Assembly (NCBI GenBank): GCA_040954595.2
Contig: CM082588.2
Location: 7,422,744-7,486,743 of the forward strand
Direction of reading: 5' to 3'
Origin: Balanoglossus misakiensis
Lineage: Eukaryota; Animalia; Hemichordata
Length of the DNA stretch: 64,000 nt
The notes beneath the pieces were generated by a model. It saw nothing but the letters and a program-made list of their open reading frames with translations. It was not told where the DNA came from and did no database searches. Position numbers and translations under genes: made by a program. Positions 56,201-64,000 of this stretch are shown here, piece by piece (position 1 is the first letter of the stretch; each line of letters begins with the position of its first letter).

Positions 56201-59200
56201 CATGGGTTATAGCCCATGAAAATGGTCCAGCAACCTCAATTTTTCGACTTTGCGAATTTTCAAAATGTGGTCATTTTTTGATAAAAACCATTGGTTATAG
56301 CCCATGAAAATGGTCCAGAAACCTCAATTTTTCGACTTCGCGAATTTTCAAAATGTGGTCATTTCATGATAAAAACCATGGGTTATAGCCCATGAAAATG
56401 GTCCAGAAACCTCAATTTTTCGACTTCGCGAATTTTCGAAATGTGGTCATTTTTTGATAAAAACCATGGGTTATAGCCCATGAAAATGGTCCAGAAACCT
56501 CAATTTTTCGACTTCGCGAATTTTCAAAATGTGGTCATTTTTTGATAAAAACCATGGGTTATAGCCCATGAAAATGGTCCAGAAACCTCAATTTTTCAAC
56601 TTCGCGAATTTTCAAAATGTGGCCATTTCATGATAAAAACCATGGGTTATAGCCCATGAAAATGGTCCAGAAACCTCAATTTTTCGACTTCGCGAATTTT
56701 CAAAATGTGGTCATTTTTTGATAAAAACCATGGGTTATAGCCCATGAAAATGGTCCAGAAACCTCAATTTTTCGACTTCGCGAATTTTCAAAATGTGGTC
56801 ATTTTTTGATAAAAACCATGGGTTATAGCCCATGAAAATGGTCAAGAAACCTCAATTTTTCGACTTCGCGAATTTTCAAAATGTGGTCATTTTTTGATAA
56901 AAAACCATGGGTTATAGCCCATGAAAATGGTCTAGAAACCTCAATTTTTCGACTTCGCGAATTTTCAAAATGTGGTCATTTTTTGATAAAAACCATGGGT
57001 TATAGCCCATGAAAATGGTCCAGCAACCTCAATTTTTCGTTTCGACTTCGCGAATTTTCAAAATTTGGTCATTTTTTGATAAAAACCATGGGTTATAGCC
57101 CATGAAAATGGTCCAGAAACCTCAATTTTTCGACTTCGCGGATTTTCAAAATGTGGTCATTTTTTGATAAAAACCATGGGTTATAGCCCATGAAAATGGT
57201 CCAGCAACCTCAATTTTTCGACTTCGCGAATTTTCAAAATGTGGTCATTTTTTGATAAAAACCATGGGTTATAGCCCATGAAAATGGTCCAGAAACCTCA
57301 ATTTTTCAACTTCGCGAATTTTCAAAATGTGGTCATTTTTTGATAAAAACCATGGGTTATAGCCCATGAATATGGTCCAGAAACCTCAATTTTTCAACTT
57401 CGCGAATTTTCGAATGTGGTCATTTTTTGATAAAAACCATGGGTTATAGCTCATGAAAATGGTCCAGAAACCTCAATTTTTCAACTTCGCGAATTTTCAA
57501 AATGTGGTCATTTTTTCATAAAAACCATGGGTTATTGCCCATGAAAATGGTCCAGAAACCTCAATTTTTCGACTTCGCGAATTTTCAAAATGTGGTCATT
57601 TTTTGATAAAAACCATGGGTTATAGCCCATGAAAATGGTCTAGAAACCTCAATTTTTCGACTTCGCGAATTTTCAAAATGTGGTCATTTTTTGATAAAAA
57701 CCATGGGTTATAGCCCATGAAAATGGTCCAGAAACCTCAATTTTTCGACTTCGCGAATTTTCAAAATGTGGTCATTTTTTGATAAAAACCATGGGTTATA
57801 GCCCATGAAAATGGTCCAGAAACCTCAATTTTTCGACTTCGCGAATTTTCAAAATGTGGTCATTTTTTGATAAAAACCATGGGTTATAGCCCATGAAAAT
57901 GGTCCAGAAACCTCAATTTTTCGACTTCGCGAATTTTCAAAATGTGGTCATTTTTTGATAAAAACCATGGGTTATAGCCCATGAAAATGGTCCAGAAACC
58001 TCAATTTTTCGACTTCGCGAATTTTCAAAATGTGGTCATTTTTTGATAAAAACCATGGGTTATAGCCCATGAAAATGGTCCAGAAACCTCAATTTTTCGA
58101 CTTCGCGAATTTTCAAAATGTGGTCATTTTTTGATAAAAACCATGGGTTATAGCTCATGAAAATGGTCCAGAAACCTCAATTTTTCGACTTCGCGAATTT
58201 TCAAAATGTGGTCATTTTTTGATAAAAACCATGGGTTATAGCTCATGAAAATGGTCCAGAAACCTCAATTTTTCGACTTCGCGAATTTTCGAAATGTGGT
58301 AATTTTTTGATAAAAACCATGGGTTATAGCTCATGAAAATGGTCCAGAAACCTCAATTTTTCGACTTCGCGAATTTTCAAAATGTGGTCATTTTTTGATA
58401 AAAACCATGGGTTATAGCCCATGAAAATGGTCCAGCAACCTCAATTTTTCGACTTCGCGAATTTTCAAAATGTGGTCATTTTTTGATAAAAACCATGGGT
58501 TATAGCTCATGAAAATGGTCCAGAAACCTCAATTTTTCGACTCCGCGAATTTCAAAATGTGGTCATTTCATGATAAAAACCATGGGTTATAGCCCATGAA
58601 AATGGTCCAGAAACCTCAATTTTTCGACTTCGCGAATTTTCAAAATTTGGTCATTTTTTGATAAAAACCATGGGTTATAGCCCATGAAAATGGTCCAGAA
58701 ACCTCAATTTTCGACTTCGCGAATTTCAAAATTTGGTCATTTTTTGATAAAAACCATGGGTTATAGCCCCATGAAAATGGTCCAGCAACCTCAATTTTTC
58801 GACTTTGCGAATTTTCAAATGTGGTCATTTTTTGATAAAAACCATTGGTTATAGCCCATGAAAATGGTCCAGAAACCTCAATTTTCGACTTCGCGAATTT
58901 TCAAAATGTGGTCATTTCATGATAAAAACCATGGGTTATAGCCCATGAAAATGGTCCAGAAACCTCAATTTTTCGACTTCGCGAATTTTCGAAATGTGGT
59001 CATTTTTTGATAAAACCCATGGGTTATAGCCCATGAAAATGGTCCAGAAACCTCAATTTTTCGACTTCGCGAATTTTCAAAATGTGGTCATTTTTTGATA
59101 AAAACCATGGGTTATAGCCATGAAAATGGTCCAGAAACCTCAATTTTTCAACTTCGCGAATTTTCAAAATGTGGCCATTTCATGATAAAAACCATGGGTT

Positions 59201-62200
59201 ATAGCCCATGAAAATGGTCCAGAAACCTCAATTTTTCGACTTCGCGAATTTTCAAAATGTGGTCATTTTTTGATAAAAACCATGGGTTATAGCCCATGAA
59301 AATGGTCCAGAAACCTCAATTTTTCGACTTCGCGAATTTTCAAAATGTGGTCATTTTTTGATAAAAACCATGGGTTATAGCCCATGAAAATGGTCAAGAA
59401 ACCTCAATTTTTCGACTTCGCGAATTTTCAAAATGTGGTCATTTTTTGATAAAAACCATGGGTTATAGCCCATGAAAATGGTCTAGAAACCTCAATTTTT
59501 CGACTTCGCGAATTTCAAAATGTGGTCATTTTTTGATAAAAACCATGGGTTATAGCCCATGAAAATGGTCCTGCAACCTCAATTTTCGTTTCGACTTCGC
59601 GAATTTTCAAAATTTGGTCATTTTTTGATAAAAACCGTGGGTTATAGCCCATGAAAATGGTCCAGAAACCTCAATTTTTCGACTTCGCGAATTTTCAAAA
59701 TGTGGTCATTTTTTGATAAAAACCATGGGTTATAGCCCATGAAAATGGTCCAGCAACCTCAATTTTTCGACTTCGCGAATTTTCAAAATGTGGTCATTTT
59801 TGATAAAAACCATGGGTTATAGCCCATGAAAATGGTCCAGAAACCTCAATTTTTCAACTTCGCGAATTTTCAAAATGTGGTCATTTTTTGATAAAAACCA
59901 TGGGTTATAGCCCATGAATATGGTCCAGAAACCTCAATTTTTCAACTTCGCGAATTTTCGAAATGTGGTCATTTTTTGATAAAAACCATGGGTTATAGCT
60001 CATGAAAATGGTCCAGAAACCTCAATTTTTCGACTTCGCGAATTTTCAAAATGTGGTCATTTTTTGATAAAAACCATGGGTTATAGCCCATGAAAATGGT
60101 CCAGAAACCTCAATTTTTCGACTTCGCGAATTTTCAAAATGTGGTCATTTTTTGATAAAAACCATGGGTTATAGCCCATGAAAATGGTCAAGAAACCTCA
60201 ATTTTTCGACTTCGCGAATTTTCAAAATGTGGTCATTTTTGATAAAAACCATGGGTTATAGCCATGAAAATGGTCTAGAACCTCAATTTTTCGACTTCGC
60301 GAATTTTCAAAATGTGGTCATTTTTTGATAAAAACCATGGGTTATAGCCCATGAAAATGGTCCAGCAACCTCAATTTTTCGTTTCGACTTCGCGAATTTT
60401 CAAAATTTGGTCATTTTTTGATAAAAACCGTGGGTTATAGCCCATGAAAATGGTCCAGAAACCTCAATTTTTCGACTTCGCGAATTTTCAAAATGTGGTC
60501 ATTTTTTGATAAAAACCATGGGTTATAGCCCATGAAAATGGTCCAGCAACCTCAATTTTTCGACTTCGCGAATTTTCAAAATGTGGTCATTTTTTGATAA
60601 AAACCATGGGTTATAGCCCATGAAAATGGTCCAGAAACCTCAATTTTTCAACTTCGCGAATTTTCAAAATGTGGTCATTTTTTGATAAAAACCATGGGTT
60701 ATAGCCCATGAATATGGTCCAGAAACCTCAATTTTTCAACTTCGCGAATTTTCGAAATGTGGTCATTTTTTGATAAAAACCATGGGTTATAGCTCATGAA
60801 AATGGTCCAGAAACCTCAATTTTTCGACATCGCGAATTTTCAAAATGTGGTCATTTTTTGATAAAAACCATGGGTTATAGCTCATGAAAATGGTCCAGAA
60901 ACCTCAATTTTTCAACTTCGCGAATTTTCAAAATGTGGTCATTTTTTGATAAAAACCATGGGTTATAGCCCATGAAAATGGTCCAGAAACCTCAATTTTT
61001 CGACTTCGCGAATTTTCAAAATGTGGTCATTTTTTGATAAAAACCATGGGTTATAGCCCATGAAAATGGTCTAGAAACCTCAATTTTTCGACTTCGCGAA
61101 TTTTCAAAATGTGGTCATTTTTTGATAAAAACCATGGGTTATAGCTCATGAAAATGGTCCAGAAACCTCAATTTTTCAACTTCGCGAATTTTCAAAATGT
61201 GGTCATTTTTTGATAAAAACCATGGGTTATAGCCCATGAAAATGGTCCAGAAACCTCAATTTTTCGACTTCGCGAATTTTCAAAATGTGGTCATTTTTTG
61301 ATAAAAACCATGGGTTATAGCCCATGAAAATGGTCTAGAAACCTCAATTTTTCGACTTCGCGAATTTTCAAAATGTGGTCATTTTTTGATAAAAACCATG
61401 GGTTATAGCCCATGAAAATGGTCCAGAAACCTCAATTTTTCGACTTCGCGAATTTTCAAAATGTGGTCATTTTTTGATAAAAACCATGGGTTATAGCCCA
61501 TGAAAATGGTCCAGAAACCTCAATTTTTCGACTTCGCGAATTTTCAAAATGTGGTCATTTTTTGATAAAAACCATGGGGTTATAGCCCATGAAAATGGTC
61601 CAGAAACCTCAATTTTTCGACATCGCGAATTTTCAAAATGTGGTCATTTTTGATAAAAACCATGGGTTATAGCTCATGAAAATGGTCCAGAAACCTCAAT
61701 TTTTCAACTTCGCGAATTTTCAAAATGTGGTCATTTTTTGATAAAAACCATGGGTTATAGCCCATGAAAATGGTCCAGAAACCTCAATTTTTCGACTTCG
61801 CGAATTTTCAAAATGTGGTCATTTTTTGATAAAAACCATGGGTTATAGCCCATGAAAATGGTCTAGAAACCTCAATTTTTCGACTTCGCGAATTTTCAAA
61901 ATGTGGTCATTTTTTGATAAAAACCATGGGTTATAGCCCATGAAAATGGTCCAGAAACCTCAATTTTTCGACTTCGCGAATTTTCAAAATGTGGTCATTT
62001 TTTGATAAAAACCATGGGTTATAGCCCATGAAAATGGTCCAGAAACCTCAATTTTTCGACTTCGCGAATTTTCAAAATGTGGTCATTTTTTGATAAAAAC
62101 CATGGGTTATAGCCCATGAAAATGGTCCAGAAACCTCAATTTTTCGACTTCGCGAATTTTCAAAATGTGGTCATTTTTTGATAAAAACCATGGGTTATAG

Positions 62201-64000
62201 CCCATGAAAATGGTCCAGAAACCTCAATTTTTCGACTTCGCGAATTTTCAAAATGTGGTCATTTTTTGATAAAAACCATGGGTTATAGCCCATGAAAATG
62301 GTCCAGAAACCTCAATTTTTCGACTTCGCGAATTTTCAAAATGTGGTCATTTTTTGATAAAAACCATGGGTTATAGCTCATGAAAATGGTCCAGAAACCT
62401 CAATTTTTCGACTTCGCGAATTTTCAAAATGTGGTCATTTTTTGATAAAAACCATGGGTTATAGCTCATGAAAATGGTCCAGAAACCTCAATTTTTCGAC
62501 TTCGCGAATTTTCGAAATGTGGTAATTTTTTGATAAAAACCATGGGTTATAGCTCATGAAAATGGTCCAGAAACCTCAATTTTTCGACTTCGCGAATTTT
62601 CAAAATGTGGTCATTTTTTGATAAAAACCATGGGTTATAGCCCATGAAAATGGTCCAGCAACCTCAATTTTTCGACTTCGCGAATTTTCAAAATGTGGTC
62701 ATTTTTTGATAAAAACCATGGGTTATAGCTCATGAAAATGGTCCAGAAACCTCAATTTTTCGACTCCGCGAATTTTCAAAATGTGGTCATTTCATGATAA
62801 AAACCATGGGTTATAGCCCATGAAAATGGTCCAGAAACCTCAATTTTTCGACTTCGCGAATTTTCAAAATGTGGTCATTTTTTGATAAAAACCATGGGTT
62901 ATAGCCCATGAAAATGGTCCAGCAACCTCAATTTTTCGACTTTGCGAATTTTCAAAATGTGGTCATTTTTTGATAAAAACCATTGGTTATAGCCCATGAA
63001 AATGGTCCAGAAACCTCAATTTTTCGACTTCGCGAATTTTCAAAATGTGGTCATTTCATGATAAAAACCATGGGTTATAGCCCATGAAAATGGTCCAGAA
63101 ACCTCAATTTTTCGACTTCGCGAATTTTCGAAATGTGGTCATTTTTTGATAAAAACCATGGGTTATAGCCCATGAAAATGGTCCAGAAACCTCAATTTTT
63201 CGACTTCGTGAATTTTCAAAATGTGGTCATTTTTTGATAAAAACCATGGGTTATAGCCCATGAAAATGGTCCAGAAACCTCAATTTTTCAACTTCGCGAA
63301 TTTTCAAAATGTGGCCATTTCATGATAAAAACCATGGGTTATAGCCCATGAAAATGGTCCAGAAACCTCAATTTTTCGACTTCGCGAATTTTCAAAATGT
63401 GGTCATTTTTTGATAAAAACCATGGGTTATAGCCCATGAAAATGGTCCAGAAACCTCAATTTTTCGACTTCGCGAATTTCAAAATGTTGTCATTTTTTGA
63501 TAAAAACCATGGGTTATAGCCCATGAAAATGGTCAAGAAACCTCAATTTTTCGACTTCGCGAATTTTCAAAATGTGGTCATTTTTTGATAAAAACCATGG
63601 GTTATAGCCCATGAAAATGGTCTAGAAACCTCAATTTTTCGACTTCGCGAATTTTCAAAATGTGGTCATTTTTTGATAAAAACCATGGGTTATAGCCCAT
63701 GAAAATGGTCCAGCAACCTCAATTTTTCGTTTCGACTTCGCGAATTTTCAAAATTTGGTCATTTTTTGATAAAAACCATGGGTTATAGCCCATGAAAATG
63801 GTCCAGAAACCTCAATTTTTCGACTTCGCGAATTTTCAAAATGTGGTCATTTTTTGATAAAAACCATGGGTTATAGCCCATGAAAATGGTCCAGCAACCT
63901 CAATTTTTCGACTTCGCGAATTTTCACATTGTGGTCATTTTTTGATAAAAACCATGGGTTATAGCCCATGAAAATGGTCCAGAAACCTCAATTTTTCAAC
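35258..64000 (+). repeat. Satellite DNA array, 88-bp monomer, ~325 copies, runs off the window end
   Basis: Consensus ATGGGTTATAGCCCATGAAAATGGTCCAGAAACCTCAATTTTTCGACTTCGCGAATTTTCAAAATGTGGTCATTTTTTGATAAAAACC. Copies are head-to-tail and typically 0-3 differences from consensus. Confidence 0.99.

Noticed and set aside
35258-64000. CRISPR-like array
   Set aside because: Monomers are head-to-tail with no unique spacers, there are no cas genes, and the context is eukaryotic. The ORF at 58640-58828 is a by-product of indels in the repeat.

Overview
Intron-rich, AT-rich animal genomic DNA, most likely a marine invertebrate (inferred from the gene and repeat content; the species cannot be determined here). 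From left to right: (1) a tandem array of minus-strand SLC22 organic cation/anion transporter genes, with one near-complete 9-exon copy and the first exon of a near-identical neighbour; (2) a complete 12-exon eIF2-gamma gene (EIF2S3); (3) a 7-exon, ~2214-aa innate-immune-type gene joining a death effector domain (DED), a probably inactive GT4-type glycosyltransferase domain, a heptad coiled coil, a TRADD-N-like domain, NLR helical/winged-helix domains with no recognisable NACHT P-loop, and a long array of ribonuclease-inhibitor (RI)-type LRRs, with every coding intron in phase 1; (4) a small minus-strand single-Ig-domain type I membrane protein gene with a 16-bp microexon; (5) from 35258 to the window end, a ~28.7-kb satellite of 88-bp monomers with higher-order structure. 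Introns carry many MITEs and foldback elements, and a ~250-bp inverted repeat pair brackets the EIF2S3 + NLR-like block. Exon models were read by eye from GT-AG sites and frame continuity. Domain calls rest on motif recognition, not on database searches.
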